NCBI GenBank assembly: GCA_964658305.1
Contig: OZ210885.1
Location: 9,238,001-9,302,000, forward strand
Direction of reading: 5' to 3'
Length of the DNA: 64,000 nt
DNA from: Leptogorgia sarmentosa
Lineage: Eukaryota
The stretch's first letter is position 1, and each line of letters opens with the position of its first letter. Shown piece by piece: positions 27,301-39,115 of this stretch. The position numbers were made by a program, and so were the translations under genes. A model generated the notes under the pieces. That model was given only the letters and a program-made list of their open reading frames with translations. It ran no database searches and was not told the origin of the DNA.

Positions 27301-28729
27301 GTTGAAAAGAAAACTTTTATAATTTTAGCAAAAGTGAAAATTACAATTAGCATGAATTTTAAGACAGCTATACTACAGATTGACGATAAGATACGGTTAT
27401 GCTGTTCTAACTAAAATGTATGCCTCTTCTCATATTTTATTTGAACAGTGAGTACTACCAGCTTTCGCCCTTATTTAAATTATGAGATGCAGAATTTCGT
27501 CGAATTCTTATTCAATGCTTTCTAATTGAGCGATTATTCATATAAAACGAACATCAGCGACACTGATTTGAAAATCCCACGTTACTAGTGTACCGCCTGG
27601 TGGAACAATTTTACTGTCCTTCAACATCATAAAACAGTACTGATGATTTTTAGCAGCATGCAAATTGCGACTTGTAATGGTAGTGCAAGGCACAAAAATA
27701 GAAAATACAAATCATTCAGCATTTGAAGTCCAAGTACTTTAACAGTAATTTGTAATAAGAGGATTAATTTTTATAATCACCAACGGAATTTTCTGTGGAG
27801 ATAACAACCAGAAATTAAACACATGCATGACATGAAATCCATGCTCGACCGAGAAATACAAAATTTCAAACCTGTCCATCGAGAAATACAAATTTCAAAC
27901 CTGTCCACCGAGAAATACAAATTTAAAACCTGTCGACCGAGAAATACAAATTTAAAACCTGTCGACTTGTATTTGAAACCTGTCGACCGAGAAATACAAA
28001 TGTAAAACCTGTCGACTAATCATTAAAGGTCAACTGCATGTCGAACGTCGAAGGAAAAGAAATGATAGCGAGACCGCGTTGCACCACGACCGAGAAATAC
28101 AAAATTTAAAACCTGTCGACCAAGAAATACATATTGTTGCTGGGTATTAAATTGTTGCTGGGTATTAAATTGAATTGAAGAGAGTTGTTGCAGGTACCAA
28201 AATACAACTTGAGTCGGCAACCGGGGACTGACAAATCTCACCTTAGAACTGTTACAAAAATCAACCTAAAAATAAGAAAATAGTTAAATAGAACAGTGGT
28301 ATGTAAACTGTAATATTGTTAACAGTATTGGTGCCAGGACCTGTCGACCGAGAAATACAAATTTTAAAACCTGTCGACCGAGAAATACAAATTTGAAACC
28401 TGTGGACCGATTCTTCAACTGCATGTCGAACGTCGACGGAAAAGAAATGATAGCGAGACCGCGTTGCACGAAGGAAAAGAAATCATAGCGAGACCGCGTT
28501 GCACCACGGTTAGAATTTACAGTTGGGAAAAGTCCTGAAAATGCGGGTCGAACACCCTAAATTTACTGGTACCGTCATGCAATGCGCCAATAGAAAATTT
28601 TGATTTTGATCCACAAGACAAAATTAGGATCAGCTGCCTTGCTCGCTCGCTTCAGGCTCGCTCGCTGCGGCAGCAATTAGGATCTGCTGCCTTGCTCGCT
28701 CGCTTCAGGCTCGCTCGCTGCGGCAGCAA
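24380..28729 (-). mobile_element. Non-autonomous Helitron/Helentron-type rolling-circle element, two tandem units (24380-26120, 26121-28729)
   Basis: Absent from the left arm (empty site A|T at 10409/10410) and no TSD. The minus strand ends with hairpin TACCC-TGT-GGGTA then ACCTAG. Subterminal inverted TGCTGCC/GGCAGCA; 53-bp 5' stem-loop duplicated (28624-28676, 28677-28729). Confidence 0.85.
27845..28410. repeat. About 29-bp repeat clusters (CCTGTCGACCGAGAAATACAAATTTAAAA) inside the second Helitron unit
   Basis: Tandem copies at about 27845-28017, 28087-28128 and 28340-28410. Confidence 0.8.
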
Positions 28730-31253
28730 TCAAGCATACTTGACCTTCAAAGTCATTGAGATTAGCTATTGCGCGCAAAGACGCGTTGAGACAGATATTT
28801 GCCAGATGTAATGTTTTAGCTTGCCACTCAAGTGATATGCATGTAGTGAGGATTTAACTTGAAAAATACGTTGATCAAGATCTGCGTATGAAATTTGTTT
28901 CACATTAAGTTAGGATGAGTAAACAAGAAAGTGGTTTCCATTTGACAAATAAAATTGTATGGCATTAGAAAATGTGAATAACTAATTAATACGACCTATC
29001 AAGATGGATTGCAATTTAGTGTGTTTACTCATGGGTTCACCACGCTTTCTTCTTCTCAATTAAATTCATAGAAGATCATTATTATGGAACAAAAATCTTT
29101 ACGCTTTTATGTTTCGTACTTTTCCACGGTAAAGACTGTACGTTATGACACGAAACGATATTTGCTGTATTAAAAATATTTCGATCGAAATGTAACATTC
29201 CTAGCTTGACTCGGCCAATGCGATTACTGCGGAATGCAGACTGCGTGTACTCGCGGATATTTTCCTATGCCTTTGCAATATAGAGTAGAATACAGACTCT
29301 TTAAAAATATCATACGAGAAATTCGAACTATTTTCTACAAGCGCAGCAGAGCCGATGGCCCAGAGTGGGCTGTAGCTTCCTCAATTTTTTGCTGGGTTAT
29401 AATATGCTAACAAGAATATAGGAAGACTGTATAATCCACGCTTACAAATCGAAGGGATTACCGATCAAGAATGCCACACAAAATTGCTTATGCTGAGCAG
29501 GTTTCGCGTTATATTTTGCACGATACTATCTATACTGATCCGCAGTGAATGTGCAGAAATTAAAAATCATATTCTGGTATATCAGATGAAGTTTAAGTTG
29601 TATGCTGTAGACAGGTGTAGTTAGGATAAAAATTTAGAGATTGTAATGAGGGTAGTATCGCATAGCTCTTGGCTACCAGACTGTGATTAATCTCCAATTT
29701 GATTTTGAACCTCCAAGATTATATTTTAGAGCAGAGGTCTTAGTGAAATGTGGGCAACTGTGATGTGCTTAGTGAAATAAAGGCAGCAAAAGTCATAACT
29801 CTACCTGGATTTCACAAACTCGATTAATGTGGAATGCAGACTGTATGTGCTTGCGATTAGTTTTTGAAATATAGTAAAAAACCCTGAAATAAACCTTGGA
29901 TAAATATGGGAGATTTTCAAATGCAATGTTAAAGGTGACAGTTTTACGTGATGTTATGCATTTACATGATTTTATAGCTGGGACACGACAAGACAGGGGT
30001 GCGTTCTAATTGCATATATTTATTGAAATCTAATACGTCTTGAATATTATAAATATAAGTTGCAACTAAAATCCTCACACAACGTGTAACCTCATGCCTA
30101 CGATACTTTGAGCATGTCGGCATTGGCATATTTGTACATGCTTGGACTGTCGGCAGTGTCATAGTGATCACGCAATATATGCAAATGTTTTGACGCCTCG
30201 TTATACAGAATTGTTGAAACATTCAACACCAGGAAATCAGGAGAATACCTTGTATTTTGTATTTTGTAATAAAACCAGTTTGTGCAATTTAGATGAGCGT
30301 GAAACAAAACAAAGGAAATCTTATATAGTCTAAAGTATCCTGTTTTGTATCTACGCGTATACGGATCATATATATTAGCGTCTTCTACGCCAATGTTGCG
30401 TGAATGAACAGAATATGGTGTATATAATATGGTTTTAAGTACATACAAAAGGTAATCTAGGTCCGTGGAAAGCCACATTTTTCACAAACAATCGCAAAGC
30501 GCTGTCGCTATTGTACAGACGCAATAACATAAAAATTAATGTGTTATCATATGTCGTCATGTTTCGAGTCTTATGCAATTTGATATGGTCGCGCGAATTC
30601 TAGAATGCGAGGTAGTCACGAAACTTATATCATGTACTGAAAAACTGTAACTAGGACAACCTCAAGTTTTATGAATCGGTATTTGCGCAATTTGCCTATT
30701 TCATAGCCATTATATAATTTTATAAGTAAGCTGGGCGCAGTACATGTTGCGTTGTGTACCTATTTTTTATTAGCTATGTCCAAAAATGTTTTGAAATGAA
30801 CCATTTAATTGCAAGGACAGCACTTAATAACATAGGGTCAGGCTACCTCGGGGTTCGTAAACTGTTCGGAACGTGCGGCGATCGTCCCCCGATCACCCTC
30901 GACATTACCTAATGCATTGAGTATTAAAATATTCAAATTAAATATTATTCCGAAGATAATTACCGAGGAACACCCGAGCGTCAAAGTAGCCTGACCCTAT
31001 GTTATTAAGTGCTCTCCTCAATGCAATTGATAATTATGGGAGGCGTATACTTGTGTAGTAGAAATAGATATCATGGTCAACAGTGAGGAATCTGCCATGT
31101 CATAGCCTAAAGATTAATTTCCGCTTTCGTTTTGAAACTCAAAGGAGATTATATTCGGGAACAGAAGTGTTTGCCTGCACAATATAATATTAATATAGTA
31201 CAATTGGTGATTCAAATGGCGTAAATTTGGAGTTTCATTTGACGGACAAGTAG

Positions 31254-31506
31254 CATAGGCAGCCCAGTGATCTGGGGTTTTATTATGTTAACTAAGGTTG
31301 AATAGGGCTATTTCATCATCCTTAGTGGTTTATATGCGTGCGCCGACAATACGGTCACTCGCGTATGTAATTAATATTATAACTATTTATTACATACGCG
31401 AGTGACCGTATTGTCGGCGCACGCATATAAACAACTAAGGATGATGAAATAGCCCTATTCAACCTTAGTTAACATAATAAAACCCCAGATCACTGGGCTG
31501 CCTATG
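31254..31506. mobile_element. 253-bp near-perfect foldback MITE, CATAGG...CCTATG ends, 7-bp TSD CAAGTAG (P-superfamily-like)
   Basis: TSD at 31247-31253 and 31507-31513; single-copy empty site at 8188-8194 in the left arm. Confidence 0.9.
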
Positions 31507-34233
31507 CAAGTAGGGCGAAAATCGATCCACTGGCACTGGGGACATTTTATGATTTAGCGACATTTTAAGCCTTACATAGATGTGTTACCGTCATTTTCTC
31601 TTTGTATACAATATGGTTATAAAATATGTTTGACTTTCACGTCTGATGGTAGTACGATAGAGAAATCGAAGTGACATATTGATAGAAACTAAAGGAAAAT
31701 TCAAGGAATTTTAAAACTATTTTCCAAGGCATTCTCATCGCAGGCTGAATTTTAATCTGCCGGAAATTGAAAGGGATTTCCCCTTTTCTCAAGCCATGTT
31801 CTGATTACACTCAGAGTTTTAATATTTTAGCCAGTCTGTGCTTTATTGTAGCAGTGAGTTTCATGTATTTCGTTCTCTGTCAATATAATCGCAATCATAC
31901 TACATTGACGAATAATTGAAAGTGGGACAGGGAATAACCAAGGAGGTGAGTTTGATTTAAATGTCTAGTAAACCAAAGAAATTCCCGTAGGATTTCCCGT
32001 CACAGAGCTGCGAAGATGCCGTGTGTTAGGAAAGCAATATACCCGTTGAAAGGAAAATACGTTAGACATGAACGACACAAATGACGGAACAAATATATTC
32101 AATCGTAATAAGTTTACAAATAGGTATAATTTGCTCGAAATAATGAACGAACTGCGAAGGACCAAAGCCGGAAGCTAAATCTTCATGCTGTACGTTTATA
32201 TTTTGCCATACATGATTGTATTGATCGCCATTTCAAGCGTATTTATATCCCTATCAGAATTTATTTGCTGAAAACTCCACCAAAACCTAAAAGTTTTCGC
32301 TCTGTTAACACGGAATTTTTCAATACTGATATTACTAATGCTAATAGAAATTCCTCATGACAGGATATGGCTTACTAAGCAAGATTTGCTTACAAATATT
32401 TATAGCTGCATTTCATATGACAAGGTTACAATCATGATTTAATATTAGTGAAATAATATCAGCAATTACGTTGGCTGATAGAAGTCTATCAAAATTCACC
32501 TTCTCATTAAACAGGGTGCTCATAACAATATATACTGTACACTTTGGTGAATTCAGTGGCTAATTTTGTCCCCTTCATTAATGATTTTTCCTACAGCTTC
32601 TCTAAGGCATTCCAACCCATTCCATACAAATTTCTTGGCAGTGACTAAGCCAAGCTGTGTTCAGACATACATTAATAAATGATATAGAAACTCTAACCCT
32701 ATCATCATTGACTTTATACTGTAGTACAGCATGCATCAAGTTGTATATTGCATCAGTAGTTTGTGACCTAGCTGGTGATTCCTAGCATGGCACATAAGTC
32801 CAGAGCATTCCCTGTTACACAGCGCCTTCACTTGCTCTAAAAATACCACCAAAACCTCTAGCTTTTGCTCTGCTAACCCACATTCTTTCAGTACAATTAT
32901 ATTATGCTTAATATAAATTTATTAAATAGTGAAGACAATTCCAATAAGGGATTGGATTAGATTTGACTACATCATTCTGGATTGAGTCAATTTTGATTTT
33001 GATTTCAATCTGGAAGGATTGAATTGCTGATTGAAAATAATGCATTGAATGTGAAATCCTAATTTTATTGCAGAAAGAATATGACTGGGCCTGAAACTGC
33101 AAAACAAATCATGCATGTTTTTTGCCCACATGTTTTCATTCCTTAAATTCCAGTTTGCATGTACATAAACTGTCAAACTAGACACGAGTTTCTTTCTGCC
33201 ACTTACTGGAAAAATCCCCCCTGCCTCTCGCACATTTTACTTTAATTTTCATTGTTAGATTTGTTAGCTTATGATATAAGTTTTATAAACTGTTTGAATC
33301 TATAAAACCTGACTGTCAGGAATTGTAACTGTGAGATTCCAGACCAGCATTCTGACCGACCGAGGTATAGAAGTCACTTGTTGAGTAATAACTTTAAGTT
33401 CATGTAGATTTATCTTGTATTTGTGCAGATGGTTGGTTGTTATTGCTTAGTTGTTATATAATACTGTCCAAACAAAATCAAACTGCCACAGATACTGCCA
33501 AAGAACATTGAGTGTTTTAATTATTTCCCATCCCTGGGGGGGGGGGGAGGGGGAGGGAGAAGAAGGGGAGGGGGCACTGATTTTTTAGTTTGGGTCATGT
33601 TACAATAAAGTAGACCACAACATTTTGTTGGTCTATGAAACATCAATGAAATTGTTGGTTTCTTGTCAAAATTAACACTGGCTCTGCCCCATTTTCTTAT
33701 CTCCTTATAGAAATGTGATTGGTTCAGCTGTTGACATCATTGAACAACAATACAGAGTGTGAAAAATTTGATTTTCAACCTGAATAAAAGGCTGCCAAAT
33801 TAGAACATTTAGTTTCCTGAGATTATAAAATAAATTAAGGTAAGTTAATTGTCCAGTAACAAACTTCAGAATGTGGTCAGTATTACCAGCGGATAACAGA
33901 ATCGACAAGCATGAGGTGCTCCTTGATCGAGAATCAGTGTTGATAGTTAAGGAAAAGTGCACATATTATTTTCATGAGGGTGAACATATTAACATCTTTG
34001 TTGTCAATGGTTTTCCAATATGGTTTTTATTTTAGTCACCTACATATATAGATTACTTAATGCAATTGTATATAACCCCATGTGTCTCTCATCTCCCACA
34101 ATATTTCCTGACAAAGGGCCCAGTTGTTCAAAATGTCAAACCTTATTGTGGCATCATTTAATATGTAGATAGGGGGGGGGGGGGGGTTGCTGGTTGTCGA
34201 TAAGTTATTACATCGCACTCAGACACCCAATTT

Positions 34234-34818
34234 TATGGAATTTGATGACTGTCATAGGTGCTGTATTTCTATTATATTCGGTGCTTTTAACATTATATTC
34301 GGTGCTTTTGACATTATATTCGGTGCTTTTAACATTATATTCGGTGCTTTTAACATTATATTCGGTGCTTTTAACATTATATTCGGTGCTTTTAACATTA
34401 TATTCGGTGCTTTTAACATTATATTCGGTGCTTTATACATTATATTCGGTGCTTTATACATTATATTCGGTGCTTTATACATTATATTCGGTGCTTTATA
34501 CATTATGTTGGGTGCATTCGACATTATATTCGGTGATAGTGTCTTTATATTCGGTGCTTTCTTCTTCATGTGCAAAAACTTTATCTTCAATTTCCTTATC
34601 TTGTACCCAGTCTTTCAATTTTGGCGCGGACAGTAAAATATGTGTTACTAACATGAAGTAATATGCACAGAAGCAATAGAAAATTGCGGGCATCTATAAA
34701 CAATAAATGGTGGGAAACTAAAGCATGCTTTATTGCTTTTATACTTTTATAAATGCAGATTTATGCATATTTTTATTTGATGCTGTAACTTGTAATATAA
34801 ATGGAAAACATTTTGGAA
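34234..34818 (+). repeat. Left TIR (585 bp) with about 14 copies of the 21-bp unit ATTATATTCGGTGCTTTTAAC, ending inside the integrase CDS
   Basis: Reverse complement of 39098-39610; ends with ATGGAAAACATTTTGGAA. Confidence 0.92.
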
Positions 34819-36150
34819 AAGCTTAATCTCGGTTGTGTTACTGAAAACTTTTTAAGGGAGAAAATCACTCCAGATATAGTTTGCCATCTTTCCTCGTTTG
34901 AATTCAATCAGTTGGGGATGAACCACGCCAGCGACGTTATGGCTTTGCGAATTGAGTGCACCAAATACGGGACTGGGAAGCCAACAAGCAGACGTGATGA
35001 ATTTGGTAATCTTAGATACGAAATCCCAAAGAGCGTGCTTCAAAGCTATCTTCAAGAAGATTTTAAAATTTCAGAGATCGCAACAATGTTTTCCGTATCA
35101 GAGAGTACAATATATCGTAGAATGAGATCATACGGGCTAAGTAAATTAGAGTTTTCTGATATTTCTGACGAACAGTTAGACACCCACGTGCGGGGTATTG
35201 CAAACGATTTTCCATTTTGTGGGGAGATAATGATTAATCATCTTCTCAAGGGGAAAGGTGTTAAGGTGCAACGGATGAGATTACGCGATTCTATTCATCG
35301 AGTAGACGAATGTGGAGTTACAGAGAGAAAGAAAGGTAGATTGCACCGAAGAGTTTATAACGTCAAAGGTCCGAACCAACTTTGGCATGTGGATACCAAC
35401 CATAAATTGGTGCGTTGGAATTTCATCATTGTTGGAGGTATTGATGGATTTAGTCGTCTGCCTGTCATGTTGCAGTGCACAAATAACAACAAGGCTGATA
35501 CTCTTCTGTCATGTTTTGTTGAAGCTGTTTCTGGCTATGGTCTACCAAGCAGAGTCAGAACAGATAAAGGCCTAGAAAATGTTGCTATAGCAGATTACAT
35601 GATAGAAAAGAGGGGAAGTAATCGTGGTAGCATAATTACAGGACGTAGCACGCACAACCAACGAATCGAAAGGCTGTGGCGGGATGTATTCCAAGGCGTA
35701 TTGAGCTATTATTACCATTTATTCTATTTCCTAGAAGACCAGAATTTTCTTGATCCAATTAATATAAAGCATATTGCTGCATTGCATTATGTATATATGG
35801 ATGAAATTAATACGAAGCTTAAATTATGGCAAAGAGCATGGAGCAATCACCGTATGCGTTCTGTAAGGTCCAGTCCACTGAGGTTGTGGATTGCAGGTCA
35901 AATCCAAAATCCTGTTGGAGTTCAACTTTCAACGGATGAATTACAGTTTTTTGGAGTAGAAGGGCTTGAAGACAATGACAGAGAGGAAGATGAATCAGAT
36001 GACCGACCAATTTTTTCACCACCAATTCTCCAACTCACTGATAACTGCATAGCAGAACTCAACTCTATTACAGACAGTCAAAGTGACTACAATGTTGGTA
36101 AATACATGGTGGCACTTGAAATAATAGAGCAACATACAACTGGAAATTAA
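34801..36150 (+). CDS. DDE transposase/integrase (rve/IS3-like core) with N-terminal SAM-like and HTH domains, 449 aa
   Basis: Candidate catalytic motifs WHVDTNHKL, RVRTDKGLEN and NQRIERLWRD; HTH ISEIATMFSVSESTIYRRM; uninterrupted ORF. Confidence 0.92.
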   Translation: MENILEKLNLGCVTENFLREKITPDIVCHLSSFEFNQLGMNHASDVMALRIECTKYGTGKPTSRRDEFGNLRYEIPKSVLQSYLQEDFKISEIATMFSVSESTIYRRMRSYGLSKLEFSDISDEQLDTHVRGIANDFPFCGEIMINHLLKGKGVKVQRMRLRDSIHRVDECGVTERKKGRLHRRVYNVKGPNQLWHVDTNHKLVRWNFIIVGGIDGFSRLPVMLQCTNNNKADTLLSCFVEAVSGYGLPSRVRTDKGLENVAIADYMIEKRGSNRGSIITGRSTHNQRIERLWRDVFQGVLSYYYHLFYFLEDQNFLDPINIKHIAALHYVYMDEINTKLKLWQRAWSNHRMRSVRSSPLRLWIAGQIQNPVGVQLSTDELQFFGVEGLEDNDREEDESDDRPIFSPPILQLTDNCIAELNSITDSQSDYNVGKYMVALEIIEQHTTGN

Positions 36151-36481
36151 CTAATTTATGCTAATTTGAAAATGGATACAGATAGCATCACTGTGGTTTA
36201 CCTTAAAACTGGAACATAACTGGAATGCAAAAAATAGTGTGATAATGTTTTAACAAAAATGTGACCAAATGTTCTTGAATGTTCTGGAATTTTATCTTTA
36301 CAGCAGCTTTAATTGCCTAATTAAGGATGACATTAGTAACATAACCCCATTAGTAACATAACGAATTTGAATTGTGATAGTGAGTTACATTTAAGTGTTT
36401 TGATTTGCATTTACAGAATAGTTTTCTCACTTCATTGTTTACAAGAATCTACAATTGCTTTAATTAATGAAAAAGAAGAAA

Positions 36482-39115
36482 TCATGGATTTCCAAAATAT
36501 GCATTTAGGAATGCTTCATCAAACATTTCGAAGAGTTTTTCATCACATGGTAGTGGAATAGTTATGGATCCATGAGGCAGGGTCAAGACATTTATGCATG
36601 TATTTGCTGTAGGCAGAAATGATTTACTATATTCTTGGAATTGAATCGATGGTGAGATTCCAAACCCCAGTAGTGGCTCTTCATCTGTCGACGTTGCAAA
36701 CTGTAGAATGTGACCTAGTGTCACATCTCCTCGACGTCCACCTAGAATGTACAGTGTAGGTACTATATAGTATGTTCAATTATTTGTAATTATTCCTATA
36801 CATACAGATTCTGTTATTTCTGTACATTTAAATTATACATACCAGCAACGTCTTTAACATATTTGCAGAATCGAGAATAAACAGCACCCTCAAAACGTCT
36901 TCTGTTAGACCCATCTGGACTAAACTGCGGTGCTAACAGGGTATGTAGCTTACGTATTGTTAATACGGAAGGTGGAGTGTACTTGAAAACATCTTGCATT
37001 GATGGCATCTTTATACAAATCTAAAAGAAAGTTTAGTGGAGAGTTGTTTAGTAAACAGCTGTTCCACATTAATTAGATGAGTATCTCTTCAATTCCTTAG
37101 TAGATCTCAGATTCAGTGGCAAAAAAACAATACTCATTTTTATAAAGGAGTTGTACAGTGAACCTGGAATATCCCAACTTTCCTAAGACCTTGTCTTAGA
37201 TTTTCAATACAAGGTGATACGCTCATATTCGTATCAAAAATTGTAGAAACAACATCAGCTTCAATAAACTGTGGAAGCTTTCCATTTTGTAAAATGCTGA
37301 GGCCTACAAAAATGAAATCAAAGAATAAAATAATTAAAATTCGAAATTTTGTTATGAAAACAATTGCATTTAGTGACTGACACCACGTTCATCAATTTTG
37401 ATGCATTTTGCTTTGAAGAATAAAATCACATGTGAAAAAACATATTTGTCAAAATTGTTGTATACAAATGTTAAACAGGTTGAATGATACTGAAAGCATA
37501 CCTAATATAGTTCCAACAATTGTATATTCATCACTTAGAAGCTCCCTGAGACCTCTGTCAAAATACTTTTCCTTAATGTCCATTAGAATCAGTCGGAAAA
37601 ATTCCCTTCTAGGTCCACCATAATCCTCAGCTTGCTATAAATATAAGAATTTTTAACATTAGAAAATAGAAATTATATATTATAAATGTTAAACTTACTA
37701 ATCCAAAACGTCACATATTGAATGCTTTAAAAAGACAAAAAATCCTTTTTTAACTACTTTACCTCTCCATAAAATTGGATTTCTAATGTAAGCAAGGGAT
37801 TCTCTAATGCTCCAATTTCATCCAATGCAGTTTCTAACAAGTTGTTGCGATCCACATGTATATAATTTGTCTCCCCTTGTGGGCACTCATCTTCCCTTTC
37901 TATATCCAGCCTTCTCCCTTTCAGTATTTTCGACTGTAATGCACGAAGGATTTCTTTGTTGCTGTCTATATTGGTATTCTTGCACTGCTCTGAAACGTTT
38001 CTAACCATGTTATCAAGTTTATCCATATCCATTGGACCGTGCACGTAATCATCTTCTATTACAATAGGGCTGTTGATTACATCATTTATATCAGGATTTT
38101 CATCGCTGTCTATTGATTGTTGAACAATGTTGATTGATTGTTGTTCAGCACTACTGGTTTGCTCAAATATTTCCAATGAAGTAGTGGTTAGGTCACTATC
38201 ATTGTCAATGTCCACATGACCTGCACTGCTAACAGACTGAATTTGTCTTTGCTGCCTGAAATCAGATTCATCAGATGAATCTGAAGATAAAATGCCTGCT
38301 GTACAGGTGTAGAGATGACTACGCAATTCATTCAAAATAAACTCTTGGTTGCAGCCTTTCTTGCAGTTCTCTTTGACCTGCACATTGATATCAGGCTTAA
38401 TTGGAGTAGTTGAAAGATTTTTCTGAATTGGTCTAACATATATTTTACACTGACTGCCAACAGTTGCTTTGAGGCTACTAACAGACCATGGACAATCAAT
38501 GATGTGTAACTCTCTGCAGTTAGGCAAGCATCGCAACAACTCAAGCCCACCTGACTGACGAAGTTGAGGGAAGCCAATTGGTTCGCCGTGATCAGCCTTT
38601 TCCTCTGACATAATTCTATTAACAACTTCTTGAGCATTGTCACTCGCATCAAATTTGATTTTTTTCAATCCCAATCCGGCATTGCACAGTATTTCTTTTT
38701 CTATCGAATTTGGAATCTTTGTTTGCAGGCGATCAGCCAAACAAATCATTTGAACGGTCCATGTTCGCCCGCGACTTACCTTCCTTTTCCGTGAAGTTGC
38801 AGACGAATGGCGAGGATTGAAAAGCCTGGACCTCTCTGATGCAATCGAGGATAGGGATGGGCCAGCAGACGAATTTCCAGACAACTCTGTGTCCTCTGAA
38901 TTCAAGGTACATTGACCCGCAGTACATTGAGTAGACGCAGAATCAGCAGAAGCCCTACACCTCTGTCGAAGACGAATGCGATCTCCCATGGTGGATACTC
39001 CAAGACGTGTGAGTTCTCCATCAGACATTGCAATGACAATTTCTGGCTCAATACGTTCTTCAGCAAACCGATGTTTAAGTGTTCCAAGGCCGAGTACTTC
39101 CAAAATGTTTTCCAT
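36482..39115 (-). CDS. HECT E3 ubiquitin ligase (G2E3-like C-terminus) with N-terminal SAM and a C2HC zinc finger, about 687 aa; exons 39115-37763, 37634-37502, 37303-37164, 37020-36843, 36741-36482
   Basis: All four introns are GT-AG and phase-consistent. HECT motifs LEIQFYGE|QAEDYGGPRREFF and catalytic LPTANTC, ending AFLNAYFGNP. SAM-like LGVSTMGDRIRLR; finger CKKGC...HLYTC. Confidence 0.9.

Larger units (their letters stand above)
23302..34233 (-). repeat. Right arm of the inverted segmental duplication, interrupted by later insertions
   Basis: Reverse complement of 4825-11453, with extra sequence at 24380-28729, about 29657-29950 and 31254-31506, and lacking left-arm about 6244-6754. Confidence 0.95.

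Noticed and set aside
34268..34562. CRISPR-like array
   Set aside because: Units are contiguous with no unique spacers, the context is eukaryotic, and there are no cas genes.
34187..34693. Overlapping ORFs with KAPNIM / IIFGAF / LYSVL repeats (also 39235-39668)
   Set aside because: They are translations of the stop-free 21-bp TIR array in several frames, not plausible proteins.
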